Below are positions 39,710 to 50,621 of a stretch of DNA of 64,000 nucleotides, in pieces. Source of the DNA: Selenomonas ruminantium (GTDB lineage Bacteria; Bacillota; Negativicutes; Selenomonadales; Selenomonadaceae); contig CAMNJO010000006.1 in NCBI GenBank assembly GCA_946541505.1, forward strand, positions 2,423 to 66,422, read 5' to 3'. The number at the start of each line of letters is the position of its first letter. The first letter of the stretch is position 1. The notes under the pieces were generated by a model. That model made no database searches. It saw nothing but the letters and a program-made list of their open reading frames with translations, and was not told the origin of the DNA. The position numbers and the translations under genes were made by a program.

Positions 39710-39786
39710 ATTCAGCCTCCTATTGAAAATGGCTATCTATACATTAATTATTATAGATGACATGTCAATACTTGACCGTAACCAGG

Positions 39787-40170
39787 TCACGCTAACTTCT
39801 TCTGTCCGCAGGCAGATTCAGCAGCAGCTACCACTTCCTCCAGACTGCCGCCATGCGCAGCGGCCACAGCTGCCTTCATCGTTCCTTCCAACAGCGGGCA
39901 ATCTGCCATGCGCACTGCATCATCTTTAAGATTTTCCAGCACCAGTTCCGTAGTCATGATGGCACTGCCCATGTCCATAATGACCACAGCACCGTCCCGG
40001 CCACAGACGAACTCCACGGCCTTGCTGATTTTTTCATAACTCGTACCCATGATGCCGTCTTCCAGACCTCCCGCCACGGCAATCTGCACACCATGCGCCA
40101 TCATCTCAGCCATTTCTTTAATGCCTTCAGCTAATTTGGCATTATGGGATACCACAACAATCCCTACCAA
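39787..40170 (-). CDS. dhaM: PTS-dependent dihydroxyacetone kinase phosphotransferase subunit DhaM
   Basis: MVGIVVVSH, AGG...GTS, DMGSA, DCPLLEG. Confidence 0.85.
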   Translation of the reverse strand: MVGIVVVSHNAKLAEGIKEMAEMMAHGVQIAVAGGLEDGIMGTSYEKISKAVEFVCGRDGAVVIMDMGSAIMTTELVLENLKDDAVRMADCPLLEGTMKAAVAAAHGGSLEEVVAAAESACGQKKLA

Positions 40171-40251
40171 AATGAATACCTCCTATCCAATAGGTAAATG
40201 CGGCCAGCTATAAATAGACCGACCGCATACCTGTTATTTTATCTTAATCAA

Positions 40252-43200
40252 TCAACTGTAATAAGCTACGCCAGCTTCGAATAACTGCTGATCCTTCTCC
40301 CCCTGTACATTGACAGCAACATTTTTGCCAATCCGCTCCGAATGTCCCATCTTGCCAAGCACACGTCCATCCGGACTGGTGATCCCCTCAACCGCACTTA
40401 CCGAACCATTTGGGTTAAAGGGAATATATAAGGACGGATTCTCGTTGTCATCCACATACTGCGTGGCAATCTGACCGCGCACCCGCATCCGGGCCAGGAT
40501 TTCCTTGTCCGCCACGAAACGGCCCTCACCATGAGAAACCGCAATCGTATGAACATCGCCCACCTCTACGTTATTAAACCAGGGCGACTGATTGGATACC
40601 ACCTTGGTCTTGACCATGCAGGAAACATGCCGACCTATGTTATTATACGTCAAAGTTGGCGAACTGTCTACCAAATCACGAATTTCTCCGTATGGAACAA
40701 GTCCCAGTTTGATTAAAGCCTGAAAACCATTGCAGATGCCGAGCATCAAACCGTCCCGCTTAAAGAGCAGCTTATGCACTTCTTCCTTGATGCGTGGATT
40801 GCGGAACATGGCGGCAATAAACTTGCCGGAACCATCCGGTTCGTCACCGCCGCTGAAGCCGCCCGGCAGCATGATGATATTGGCTGCCTTAATCCCCTTG
40901 ACAATCGCCTCTACCGATTCTTCTACGGCACTCGGCGTAAGGTTTCTGACCACCAGCGTTTCGGCTTCAGCACCGGCCCGCTGCCACGCCCGCACGGAAT
41001 CATATTCACAGTTTGTCCCCGGGAACACCGGAATAAACACCTTCGGTCTGGCAATTTTTATCTGATTTTTTATGACATTGCCCTTCATATAGGTCATGTC
41101 AATGGCTCTGTCCTTGCTGTACTGCTTCACCTGCGTGGGGAAAATCTTCTCCAACGGTTTGGTATAAGCCGCCTCAATATCTGCCAGCATGATGACCGTA
41201 TCATTATCCCAAACCACGCTGGGACCGGCAGTGGTTTCACCAATCTGCTGACAGCCCGCATCTTTAAGGAGTTTATCCAAGGTTTCGGATTCGGCTACTT
41301 CCAACAGCAATGCACCATAATCGGGAACAAAAAGCTTCGTTTTACTCAGCGGCTGCGTAAATTTAAAGCCGATGCCATTGCCCAGTACCATCTTCGAGAT
41401 AGCTGCCGCAATGCCGCCTGCGCCAATGCTCTGAGCAGCAAACACGCGATGCTTTTCAATCAAATCAGTAACCAAGGCCCAATTTTTCCTCATTCTGGCA
41501 AAATCAGGCAAATCTTGTTCATCCTTAACAGCGGGTACCAGATACACCTTATTATCGGGATATTTGAATTCCGGAGAAATCGCATCTGCCGCCTTCAGCG
41601 TCGTGACTGCAAAGGCCGCCAGCGTTGGCGGAACATGAATATCCTCAAAGGTTCCCGACATGGAATCCTTGCCGCCAATGGCCGGAATTTCCAACTCATG
41701 CTGTGCCCAAAGAGCGCCCAAAAGAGCGGCAAAGGGCTTGCCCCATTTCGTCTCATCTTTGCCCAAGCTTTCAAAATACTCCTGAAATGTCAGACGGATT
41801 TTATCTGCCCGTCCGCCCAAAGCAACCATTTTTGCAGCAGCTTCTACCACGGCATAGATGGCTCCATGGAAGGGGCTCCATTCCATCAGGGCCGGATTAA
41901 GGCCAAAAGTCATGGCCGTTGCTGTGGTTGTTTCGGCTCCCTCCACCGGCAGTTTTGCCACCATACCTTCGGCAGGCGTCAGTTGACGGCGGCCGCCAAA
42001 AGGCATCAGGACCGTATTTCCGCCAATCGTGGAATCAAAACGCTCCGCAAGCCCCTTCTGGCTGCAGACATTCAAGTCCCTTAAATTTGCCAGCCATCCC
42101 TGTTCCAGATTTTTCTCTGCCTCAACCGCTGCGGGAATCTGATGCAGATACCGCGCATTTTCATCCGGACAGGTTATCTTAGCCTTCACATGCTGACGCA
42201 CACCATTGGTATCTAAGAATTTTCGTTCCATCTGCACAATGGCCTTGCCCCGCCAGTTCATAACCAGACGCGGCTCTGCCGTAATTTCCGCTACTTTTGT
42301 GGCTTCCAAATTTTCCGCATCCGCCAAATGCGCAAATTTTTCCAAATGCTCAGGACGAATAACCACAGCCATACGCTCCTGCGATTCGGAAATCGCCAGT
42401 TCTGTGCCGTCAAGCCCCTTGTACTTTTTCTTTACCGCATCGAGATTGATGATAAGCCCCGGAGCCAGCTCACCAATGGCCACAGCAACACCGCCAGCGC
42501 CAAAGTCATTGCACCGCTTAATCATGCGGCTGACTTCCTTATTGCGGAAAAGACGCTGAATCTTGCGTTCCGTGGGCGGATTGCCTTTCTGTACCTCTGC
42601 ACCGCAAGAGGTCAATGATTCTTCTGTATGTTCCTTGGAGGAACCTGTCGCACCACCGCAGCCATCACGGCCAGTACGCCCGCCCACCAGCACAACAATA
42701 TCTCCGGCAGCCGGAGCTTCACGCACAACATTTTCCTTAGGCGCAGCAGCGATAACTGCACCGATTTCCATGCGCTTGGCCATATAGCCCTCATGGTAAA
42801 CTTCCCGAACCTGCCCCGTAGCCAGCCCAATCTGGTTGCCATAGGAGCTGTAACCGGCTGCGGCCCCCAGCGTAATTTTCTTCTGCGGCAATTTGCCCGG
42901 CAAAGTATTCTTCAGCAGCCGACGCGGGTCAGCAGCTCCGGTTACGCGCATAGCCTGATAAACATAGGAACGACCAGACAGCGGGTCACGGATAGCCCCG
43001 CCCAGACAGGTAGCTGCCCCACCGAACGGCTCGATTTCCGTTGGATGATTATGGGTTTCATTTTTGAACATCACCAGCCATTCCTCAGGCTTACCGTTGA
43101 TATCCGCTTCCACCACAATGCTGCAGGCGTTGATTTCCTCGGACTTGTCCAAATCCTCCAGCTTGCCGGCCTTGCGCAGAGCCTTCATCCCAATGACCGC

Positions 43201-44031
43201 AATATCCATCAGGGTAACATCCCGGTTTTCCTCGGCATAGAGTTGTTCTCTGTCCTGCAGATATTTTGTATAAGCCTTGGCAATGCTGGGCGTATAATAG
43301 CCTTTTTCAATATGCACTTCATCCACTGCCGTAGTAAAGGTTGTATGACGGCAATGGTCAGACCAATACGTGTCAATTACTCTTAACTCTGTAATCGTGG
43401 GAGGCCGCTTTTCCGTATCGCGGAAATAAATCTGGCAAAAAGCCATATCCGCAAGACTCATTGCAAAGCCCTTAGACTGCCAAAAGTCCTGCAAGCTTTC
43501 GGCATCCAATGTGTTAAAGGTTTCCAGCACTTCAACATCAGCGGGTTCTTCATATTCACTAACGAGCGTTTCCGGTTTCGTGAGACTTGCCTCACGGCTT
43601 TCGACCTTATTGATACAGTAATCTTTGATTTTCGCAAAGGTTTCCAAATCAATATTGCCCACAATGACAATGACCTTGGCTGCACGAATTTCCGGACGCT
43701 CCTTCTGCGTAATCAGCTGCACACACTGGGCTGCCGAATCCGCAGTCTGGTCATACTGCCCCGGCAAATACTCCACCGCAAAGATTCGGGAATTTGTGAA
43801 TTTGGGCAGCTTTTCCTCATAGACAACATCCACCGGCGGTTCGGAGAAAACGACATTTTTCACTGCAGCAAATTCCTCGTCGCTAAGCCCCTCAATGTCA
43901 TAACGCCGGATAATGCGAACGGCTTTCAGCTCGTCCAGGCGAAAGGTCTCTTTGAGGTCATCACAAAGCTGCTGGGCGGGAATATCAAAATACCCCTGAC
44001 GTTTTTCTACGAAAATTCTTCTTACAGTCAT
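40252..44031 (-). CDS. purL: Phosphoribosylformylglycinamidine synthase (large fused type)
   Basis: WSDHCRH, ETHNHPT, GICNGFQ, HGEG, GKMGHSER. Confidence 0.96.
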   Translation of the reverse strand: MTVRRIFVEKRQGYFDIPAQQLCDDLKETFRLDELKAVRIIRRYDIEGLSDEEFAAVKNVVFSEPPVDVVYEEKLPKFTNSRIFAVEYLPGQYDQTADSAAQCVQLITQKERPEIRAAKVIVIVGNIDLETFAKIKDYCINKVESREASLTKPETLVSEYEEPADVEVLETFNTLDAESLQDFWQSKGFAMSLADMAFCQIYFRDTEKRPPTITELRVIDTYWSDHCRHTTFTTAVDEVHIEKGYYTPSIAKAYTKYLQDREQLYAEENRDVTLMDIAVIGMKALRKAGKLEDLDKSEEINACSIVVEADINGKPEEWLVMFKNETHNHPTEIEPFGGAATCLGGAIRDPLSGRSYVYQAMRVTGAADPRRLLKNTLPGKLPQKKITLGAAAGYSSYGNQIGLATGQVREVYHEGYMAKRMEIGAVIAAAPKENVVREAPAAGDIVVLVGGRTGRDGCGGATGSSKEHTEESLTSCGAEVQKGNPPTERKIQRLFRNKEVSRMIKRCNDFGAGGVAVAIGELAPGLIINLDAVKKKYKGLDGTELAISESQERMAVVIRPEHLEKFAHLADAENLEATKVAEITAEPRLVMNWRGKAIVQMERKFLDTNGVRQHVKAKITCPDENARYLHQIPAAVEAEKNLEQGWLANLRDLNVCSQKGLAERFDSTIGGNTVLMPFGGRRQLTPAEGMVAKLPVEGAETTTATAMTFGLNPALMEWSPFHGAIYAVVEAAAKMVALGGRADKIRLTFQEYFESLGKDETKWGKPFAALLGALWAQHELEIPAIGGKDSMSGTFEDIHVPPTLAAFAVTTLKAADAISPEFKYPDNKVYLVPAVKDEQDLPDFARMRKNWALVTDLIEKHRVFAAQSIGAGGIAAAISKMVLGNGIGFKFTQPLSKTKLFVPDYGALLLEVAESETLDKLLKDAGCQQIGETTAGPSVVWDNDTVIMLADIEAAYTKPLEKIFPTQVKQYSKDRAIDMTYMKGNVIKNQIKIARPKVFIPVFPGTNCEYDSVRAWQRAGAEAETLVVRNLTPSAVEESVEAIVKGIKAANIIMLPGGFSGGDEPDGSGKFIAAMFRNPRIKEEVHKLLFKRDGLMLGICNGFQALIKLGLVPYGEIRDLVDSSPTLTYNNIGRHVSCMVKTKVVSNQSPWFNNVEVGDVHTIAVSHGEGRFVADKEILARMRVRGQIATQYVDDNENPSLYIPFNPNGSVSAVEGITSPDGRVLGKMGHSERIGKNVAVNVQGEKDQQLFEAGVAYYS

Positions 44032-44088
44032 GAATTCTCTTTTCCTCCAGACACTAAATAGAATAAGTACATAAAGCTATATAGACAA

Positions 44089-44124
44089 ACAGGCATAGAG
44101 ACCCCTTCGGGCCTCTATGCCTGT
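44089..44124. terminator. Hairpin after yhcH-like gene
   Basis: ACAGGCATAGAG...CTCTATGCCTGT stem. Confidence 0.55.
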
Positions 44125-44127
44125 ATA

Positions 44128-44601
44128 TCACAAACTGTCAACGGCTACCTTTACGACAACCTTTGTCACTTTGCCGGATACGCCATTTACCGCCGCCTGC
44201 GGACGATGAACATCCTCGGGGTAAAGCACGGCAAAGCATCCCGGCGACAGCACAATGCTGCTATCGGGAACCAGAGACTTATAAAACGTTACATCCCGCT
44301 CCTCGTCATAGGGAGCACATTCCTCCAGATCGGGACTTAATGGACACCAGCCCATAAACTCCTCTCCTTCAGCGATGAACTGAATATCGACAAACTTCTG
44401 ATGGGTTTCCGGCTTGCAATCCTCTTCCGGACGGGTGTTGTAGCGCTGCACATTAGCAAAACACTTATCCCCCTCAATAGGATATTTTCCATCCTCCATC
44501 CGGGTAAAATCATGGCACCGCAAATAGTCGAGCGCTTTCTGGATAATCGCCGGATAATCTACATGATTCTCATCTAACGTATCCATACTGCCGATAATCA
44601 T
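44128..44601 (-). CDS. YhcH/YjgK/YiaL (DUF386) family protein
   Basis: ETHQKFVDIQ, DVTFY, YPEDVHRP, KVVVKV. Confidence 0.88.
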   Translation of the reverse strand: MIIGSMDTLDENHVDYPAIIQKALDYLRCHDFTRMEDGKYPIEGDKCFANVQRYNTRPEEDCKPETHQKFVDIQFIAEGEEFMGWCPLSPDLEECAPYDEERDVTFYKSLVPDSSIVLSPGCFAVLYPEDVHRPQAAVNGVSGKVTKVVVKVAVDSL

Positions 44602-44732
44602 TTCACAACCCTCTCCCTATCCAACATTCTAAAGAAAATTATCTTCCATACACATTTTACCTAAAACGGCTGTATTATGCAAGGAATTATGATATAATTG
44701 TTGCATATGACTGAATAGAAAGGGGTTTATAT

Positions 44733-45212
44733 ATGCGAGAACTTTTGGAACTATTGGAACATGATGCCCGTCGTCCCGTAGGCGAACTGGCTTCCATGCT
44801 TAAACGAAGCGAATATGAAGTGGAAAAGAATATTAAGGATTTAGAGAAGAACAAAATCATTCTTTCCTATAATACGCTGATTAACTGGGAAAAATTCGGT
44901 GACGACACCGTAACCGCCATTATCGAAATCAATCTGACCCCGCAGCGGGAAGTCGGCTTTGATGCCATTGCTGAACGCATATACCGCTTTGACGAAGTAC
45001 GCACCGTTTACCTCATGAGCGGCAGCTTTGATTTGCTCGTCATCATTGAAGGCAAATCCCTTAACGACGTAGCCAATTTCGTTGCCACCAGACTTGCCAC
45101 CATCGAAGGTGTAACGGCAACCCGCAGCCACTTCATGCTGAAGCCCTACAAAAAAGACGGCGTCATCATCAATGATGAAGAACGTGACCGCAGATTGGTG
45201 GTGTCCCCCTGA
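44733..45212 (+). CDS. Lrp/AsnC family regulator (YugG-like)
   Basis: HTH N-terminus, VYLMSGSFDL, HFMLKPYK. Confidence 0.9.
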   Translation: MRELLELLEHDARRPVGELASMLKRSEYEVEKNIKDLEKNKIILSYNTLINWEKFGDDTVTAIIEINLTPQREVGFDAIAERIYRFDEVRTVYLMSGSFDLLVIIEGKSLNDVANFVATRLATIEGVTATRSHFMLKPYKKDGVIINDEERDRRLVVSP

Positions 45213-46396
45213 TGGCTGATACAATGAACTGGGCCGAAAGACTTTCTCCCGGCGTCAATGCCATTGCTCCATCCGGCATCCGCAAGTTTTTTGACATTGC
45301 CGCCCAGATGGACGATGTCATTTCTCTGGGTGTAGGTGAACCGGACTTCGTGACCCCCTGGTCTATCCGCGAAAGCTGTGTCTATGGTCTTGAACAGGGC
45401 TACACTTCCTATACCGCCAACCGCGGTATGCCGGAACTGCGGCAGGAAATCGTAAACCTCTTTAAGCGCCGCTACAACGTTGACTATGAAGCAAATACCG
45501 ATGTGCTGGTTACCGTAGGTGTCAGTGAAGCGTTGGATATTGCCATGCGGGCAATCCTCTCTCCCGGTGACGAAGTGCTGATTCCGGAACCCTGCTACGT
45601 TTCCTATCAGGCCTGCACAACTTTGGCGGGCGGTATCCCTGTAGCAGTACCTGCCAAAATCGAAAACGAATTTCGCATCACTCCTGCCGAACTGGAAGAA
45701 CACGTTACCAAGAAGACCAAAGCACTTCTTATTGGCTACCCCAATAACCCCACCGGCGCCATTATGACCCGCAAGGATTTGGAAGCCGTTGCCGATTTTG
45801 CCGAAAAACATGACCTCATCGTCATCTCCGATGAAATCTATGGCGATTTGACCTATGGCGACGAAGAACATGTGTGCTTCTCCTCCCTGCCCCGCATGAA
45901 AGACCGCACCATTCTCCTGAACGGCTTCTCCAAGGCCTATGCCATGACCGGCTGGCGTATCGGTTATGCTTTGGGCAATCCAACGGTAATTGCTGCTATG
46001 ACCAAGATTCATCAATATACCATGCTCTGCGCACCTATTACAGCTCAGATTGCTGCTATTGAAGCCCTGCGCCATGGTGAAAAGTACATGAAGAAAATGG
46101 TTGCTGAATACGACAGGCGCCGCCGCCTGATCTATGACGGACTCACCAAGATGGGATTGGAATGCTTCGAACCCAAAGGAGCCTTCTACATCTTTCCTTC
46201 CATCAAATCCACAGGCTACACCTCCGACGAATTTGCCGAAAAGCTGCTCACGACTGAACATGTAGCTTTGGTACCGGGCAGTGCCTTTGGTGCTTGTGGT
46301 GAAGGGCATGTACGCTGCTCTTATGCAACGGCTATTGACAAAATTTCCGAAGCCTTAAACCGCATCGAAAATTTCCTCAAAAACCATCGCAAATAA
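45212..46396 (+). CDS. PLP-dependent aminotransferase class I/II (YugH-like)
   Basis: PSGIRKFFD, PNNPTG, SDEIY, FSKAYAMTGWRIG. Confidence 0.92.
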   Translation: MADTMNWAERLSPGVNAIAPSGIRKFFDIAAQMDDVISLGVGEPDFVTPWSIRESCVYGLEQGYTSYTANRGMPELRQEIVNLFKRRYNVDYEANTDVLVTVGVSEALDIAMRAILSPGDEVLIPEPCYVSYQACTTLAGGIPVAVPAKIENEFRITPAELEEHVTKKTKALLIGYPNNPTGAIMTRKDLEAVADFAEKHDLIVISDEIYGDLTYGDEEHVCFSSLPRMKDRTILLNGFSKAYAMTGWRIGYALGNPTVIAAMTKIHQYTMLCAPITAQIAAIEALRHGEKYMKKMVAEYDRRRRLIYDGLTKMGLECFEPKGAFYIFPSIKSTGYTSDEFAEKLLTTEHVALVPGSAFGACGEGHVRCSYATAIDKISEALNRIENFLKNHRK

Positions 46397-46435
46397 TCTT
46401 TCGCTAACCTTTTGCAAAATTTATTAAAAAAGTTG

Positions 46436-46464
46436 TTGACAAGCATAGGTAAAATGCGTATAAT
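46436..46464 (+). promoter_or_regulatory. Consensus SigA promoter of tRNA-Pro
   Basis: TTGACA-N17-TATAAT. Confidence 0.85.
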
Positions 46465-46478
46465 ATTTCTTGTGATTG

Positions 46479-46555
<77 letters not shown>

Positions 46556-46565
46556 TTGAGAGGTC

Positions 46566-46595
46566 AAGCCAGTAACTTCGGTTGCTGGCTTTTTT
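46566..46595 (+). terminator. Intrinsic terminator after tRNA-Pro
   Basis: AAGCCAGTAAC-TTCG-GTTGCTGGCTT followed by T-run. Confidence 0.8.
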
Positions 46596-46696
46596 GCTGG
46601 CTGTTTTTCCACTGTGAGCCAGTCACATAAAAACCATTTTTTCCTTGCTATAATAAAATCATCTAAGACAGGTTACAAAAGCAGGAGGAAAATATA

Positions 46697-47005
46697 ATGG
46701 CAATAACGATTATTACCAAAGATAATTTCAAGGCAGAAGTTCAGGATTTCAAAGGCACGGTGCTCATTGACTTTTGGGCAGATTGGTGCGGCCCCTGCCG
46801 TATGCTCTCTCCTATCGTTGACGAAGTAGCGGCGGAAAATCCCGGTGTAAAAATCGGCAAGGTCAATGTTGATGAACAGCAGGAACTAGCTGCCCAGTTC
46901 AACATCATGAGCATCCCGACCTTGCTGGTATTTAAAGATGGAAACAAAACCGGTGAATCAATAGGGCTTATTCCTAAGGAACAAATGGAAAAACTGATTG
47001 ACTAA
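46697..47005 (+). CDS. trxA: Thioredoxin
   Basis: WCGPC active site. Confidence 0.96.
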   Translation: MAITIITKDNFKAEVQDFKGTVLIDFWADWCGPCRMLSPIVDEVAAENPGVKIGKVNVDEQQELAAQFNIMSIPTLLVFKDGNKTGESIGLIPKEQMEKLID

Positions 47006-47034
47006 AAAACATAGTTTTCTATAAGCCCAACCAC

Positions 47035-47070
47035 AGCTACAGTAGCATCAACGTGTTACTGTAGCTTTTT
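47035..47070 (+). terminator. Intrinsic terminator after trxA
   Basis: AGCTACAGTAGCA...TGTTACTGTAGCT followed by T-run. Confidence 0.7.
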
Positions 47071-47400
47071 AGTATCTGCTATAGCCTTCCGGCTCATGCT
47101 CATCGTAAAACAATTCTCCGTCTATAGGAAAATAGCTGATTTCCGCCTTAAATATATTACTAAATTCTCTTGCTGCAAATAAATCGTCACCACCTCTGCT
47201 GATTATTGAGTTGTCTTGTCCGCAATTTTCGGCTTAATCTCCAGCGGTTGGCTGGCGGGCGGCGTAAATGACCTGCTAAGTGGCAGCCAAACTCATTAAC
47301 AACATAATCACACAAGAAACAGGAAAAACTTTGACATTTACTTGCCCTTGTAAAAATGCAAGGGTGAGTAAATAAATTTGATACTACCGATTAAATTCTG

Positions 47401-47422
47401 GTGGTAGTCAAGTGGTAGTCAA
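47401..47422. repeat. 11-bp tandem direct repeat GTGGTAGTCAA x2
   Basis: Exact tandem repeat about 60 bp beyond the tRNA-Leu 3' end. Confidence 0.8.
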
Positions 47423-47483
47423 ATTTCAAAAAATGGGCAACAAAAAAGCCCCGTGAAAATCTCACGGAGCCTTAATCTACAAG

Positions 47484-47570
47484 TGGTGCCGATGATCGGA
47501 GTCGAACCGATACGTTGTTGCCAACGGCAGATTTTGAGTCTGCTGCGTCTGCCAATTCCGCCACATCGGC
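47484..47570 (-). tRNA. tRNA-Leu(CAA)
   Basis: GCCGATG...CATCGGC-ACCA; anticodon GCAGA-CTCAAAA-TCTGC; long variable arm; upstream TTGACA-N17-TAATAT. Confidence 0.95.
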
Positions 47571-47669
47571 GTTCGCAACTCGTTGTTGCTGACAGATAAT
47601 ATATTAGCAGATATATCCACCGTTGTCAAATCTTTTTTATCATTTTTTCCAAAAATTTTCATGAAATTT

Positions 47670-49769
47670 TCAGAATTTGAATCTGGCACTTTCCTGTTGC
47701 AGTTCTTCTGCCATGTTAGCCAGTCTTTGACTGGAAGCAGCCAATTCTTCCATCGAAGCGGATTGTTCTTCCGTAGCTGCCGAAATGGAGGCAATGTTCT
47801 GGGTAATCTGTTTGGTGGTTTCGTCTACATCTTCAGCATCCCGCAATACCGCTACGCTGTCATCAGCCACCTTGGAGGCACTATGTGCCGCATCCTTTAC
47901 CAGATTATCCACCTCCTGAATATGGGCGGCAATCTGGCGGAATTTTTCACCGGCCTGATTAACGGTTTCACCACCGGTACGCACCTGCTCCGTACCCACA
48001 TTCATGGATTCAACAGCACGTTTGGTAACCTGCTGCACGCCGGAAATCATTTGGGCAATTTCCGTAGCCGCTTCGGAGGACTGTTCGGCAAGCTTTCTGA
48101 CTTCATCGGCGACAACGGAGAAGCCGCGTCCCTGTTCACCAGCCCTTGCCGCCTCGATTGCCGCATTGAGTGCCAAAAGGTTGGTCTGCTCGGCAATGCT
48201 CTGGATGGTGTTGATAATCTCACCAATCTGCTCGGAGCTCTTGCCCAGTTCATCTACATTTCTTGCCGACTCGATAACGGTTTCGTGTACTTTCCTCATC
48301 TGCTGTACAGCATCTTCAATGGCTGCGACGCCCTCTTTAGCTGCCTGACCGGCCATACCGGAGGTCTTGCTGATATTGGCAGATTTTTCCGCAATGCCAT
48401 TGACATGCTCCGTCATTTCCCGGATATTATCGACCACATTGTTCATGGTATCGCTCTGATGGCTGGCCGCCTCGGCAATATCGCCTACCTGCTCAGCCAC
48501 ATGGGTGATGGTCTCTGCCACCTGCTCAACGCCGCTGGACATCTGGCCGGAGGAATTGGAAACCTCATCGGCACTGCCCTTAATCTGTTTCAACAGGCCT
48601 GTGAGTTCATGGGTCATGGTATGGAAAGAACGCGACAAATTGCCGATTTCATCATCCGAATCCACAGTTACATCCGTATCCCGCAAATCGCCATCTGCCA
48701 GTCTCTCTGCCGAGGACTGCAAACCGCGCAAGGGTGAGACAATCATGTTGGAAATGGTATAGGTCGCAAAGAAAATCAAAATCAAGGCCACAACCAATAC
48801 CCCGCCCAAAATCATACGCATATGATTAACACTCGCCATAAGCTGGGAACGGTCAACAATCGTCAGGTATTTATACCCCGTATTTTCCGATACATAGGTA
48901 TTGACCATCTTGGTCGTGCCATCGAGCGTAACTTCCTGCAAACCTTTAAGACTCTTGCTGGTATCCAGTTGGGAAACATCCCCGAGTTCAGCCTCCGGCA
49001 GTTTCTTGAAATCAGCATCCGGATGCTTAGGGTCGGCGATAATCACGTTGTTGGCATCGAGCATCATGATATAGCCGGTTTCCCCCATCTTGATTTCGGA
49101 AATCATATCCGTAACCACCGGCAGGTCGATATTCAGGCCCAAAACGCCCAAAGGCTGCCCCGTCATGCTTTTAACCGTAGCAAAGATACCTACAGTCGGG
49201 GTTCCCTTGGAGGTCTTAAAGGGGTCGGTAATGCGCACCTTATTGGCATCGGCCATGCTTTCCTTGAACCAGTCACGGCTGCGGGAATCATAGCCTTTCT
49301 TGCGCTTTACAGCCGGATACTGCAAATAACCGCCATCTGTGGTACCATAGCTTATAACCGATACGCTGGACTTATTGGCTTCCCCAAAGCGCTGAAACAG
49401 CTGATAGGCCGCCAGTTCAAAACCGCCCTTGGCCTGCGGGTCCATAGCAATCATTCCATCGGCTCCCGCCGTAGCTGCCACCGTTTCATCCATATAGCGG
49501 GTGATTTCCCCGCCATTTCGCAAAATCGGGTCATTAGCCATATTGACCAGGCCATCGCGCAAGCCGTTCAGGAATAAATGCATGGCATTATCCACCTGCG
49601 CCGACTGCAAATCAGCCTCCTCCTCAAAGTTTGCTAATTGGCTGTTGGTGATGATTCTGTCCAACACAATGCCCAGTACGGCCATCACAATGATAAACAG
49701 CACAGAAACGGACACCATTATTTTCTGCTTGACATTAAACCGGTCTAATAATCCACCCAAAATCCTCAT
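47670..49769 (-). CDS. Methyl-accepting chemotaxis protein (Cache + HAMP)
   Basis: Two [11 protein letters not shown] Cache motif, [26 protein letters not shown]. Confidence 0.95.
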   Translation of the reverse strand: MRILGGLLDRFNVKQKIMVSVSVLFIIVMAVLGIVLDRIITNSQLANFEEEADLQSAQVDNAMHLFLNGLRDGLVNMANDPILRNGGEITRYMDETVAATAGADGMIAMDPQAKGGFELAAYQLFQRFGEANKSSVSVISYGTTDGGYLQYPAVKRKKGYDSRSRDWFKESMADANKVRITDPFKTSKGTPTVGIFATVKSMTGQPLGVLGLNIDLPVVTDMISEIKMGETGYIMMLDANNVIIADPKHPDADFKKLPEAELGDVSQLDTSKSLKGLQEVTLDGTTKMVNTYVSENTGYKYLTIVDRSQLMASVNHMRMILGGVLVVALILIFFATYTISNMIVSPLRGLQSSAERLADGDLRDTDVTVDSDDEIGNLSRSFHTMTHELTGLLKQIKGSADEVSNSSGQMSSGVEQVAETITHVAEQVGDIAEAASHQSDTMNNVVDNIREMTEHVNGIAEKSANISKTSGMAGQAAKEGVAAIEDAVQQMRKVHETVIESARNVDELGKSSEQIGEIINTIQSIAEQTNLLALNAAIEAARAGEQGRGFSVVADEVRKLAEQSSEAATEIAQMISGVQQVTKRAVESMNVGTEQVRTGGETVNQAGEKFRQIAAHIQEVDNLVKDAAHSASKVADDSVAVLRDAEDVDETTKQITQNIASISAATEEQSASMEELAASSQRLANMAEELQQESARFKF

Positions 49770-49886
49770 CTCCTATTCTCTTTTCCCTACGCCACTTACT
49801 ATGGGCATTTGTTATTTTTATACGACAAAGAAGCGAAATTTCCTGCTGATTTATTAATCCGCTTACAGAAAATTTCGCTTCTTTAT

Positions 49887-50621
49887 TTATTCCTGATGTT
49901 CTGCTAAAAATTGCCGGTCTTTTTCGTTTAAGTCGGCCTTTTCCAGCAAATCCGGACGATATTTTTGGGTCACCAGCAAAGACTGTTCCCGCCGCCACTT
50001 ACGGATTTTGGCATGGTCACCGTTTAAGAGAACCTCCGGCACCTCCATGCCCTCAAATTCCCGCGGGCGGGTGTATTGCGGAAACTCCAGGAGCCCTTCA
50101 TAGAAGGAATCGGTAGGCGCTGAATCCTCATGCCCCAGCACCCCCGGCAGCATCCGCGACACCGCATCGGTGATGACCATAGCCGGCAGTTCCCCGCCGG
50201 TCAGCACGAAATCACCAATGGATATGGCTTCATCCGCCAGTTTGTAGATGCGGGCATCAAAACCTTCGTAATGACCACAGATAAAAACCAACTGGTCATA
50301 GCCCGCCAATTCTTTGGCCTTCGCCTGATTAAAGGTCGGCCCCGACGGGTCCATAATGAGCACACGGCGATTAGCCGCATACTCCTCTGTACGGGCGAGC
50401 ACATCACGCACAGCCTTGTACATCGGCTCGGGCTTCAAGACCATTCCCGCCCCGCCGCCAAAGGGGCTGTCGTCTACATGATGGTGCTTGTCCTCGGCAA
50501 AGTCCCGAAAGTTGGTAAAGTGTATATCCAAAATACCATTATCCACAGCCCGCTTGGTAATGCTGTCCCCAAAAGGACCGGAAAACATCTCCGGGAAGAT
50601 GGTCACCATATCAATGCGCAT
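49887..50621 (-). CDS. trmD: tRNA (guanosine(37)-N1)-methyltransferase
   Basis: DDSPFGGGAGM, CGHYEG.D, SIGDFVLTGGE, PQYTRP. Confidence 0.97.
   Translation of the reverse strand: MRIDMVTIFPEMFSGPFGDSITKRAVDNGILDIHFTNFRDFAEDKHHHVDDSPFGGGAGMVLKPEPMYKAVRDVLARTEEYAANRRVLIMDPSGPTFNQAKAKELAGYDQLVFICGHYEGFDARIYKLADEAISIGDFVLTGGELPAMVITDAVSRMLPGVLGHEDSAPTDSFYEGLLEFPQYTRPREFEGMEVPEVLLNGDHAKIRKWRREQSLLVTQKYRPDLLEKADLNEKDRQFLAEHQE

Noticed and set aside
47477-47794. 105-aa minus-strand ORF
   Set aside because: Overlaps tRNA-Leu, its promoter and the MCP end; spurious
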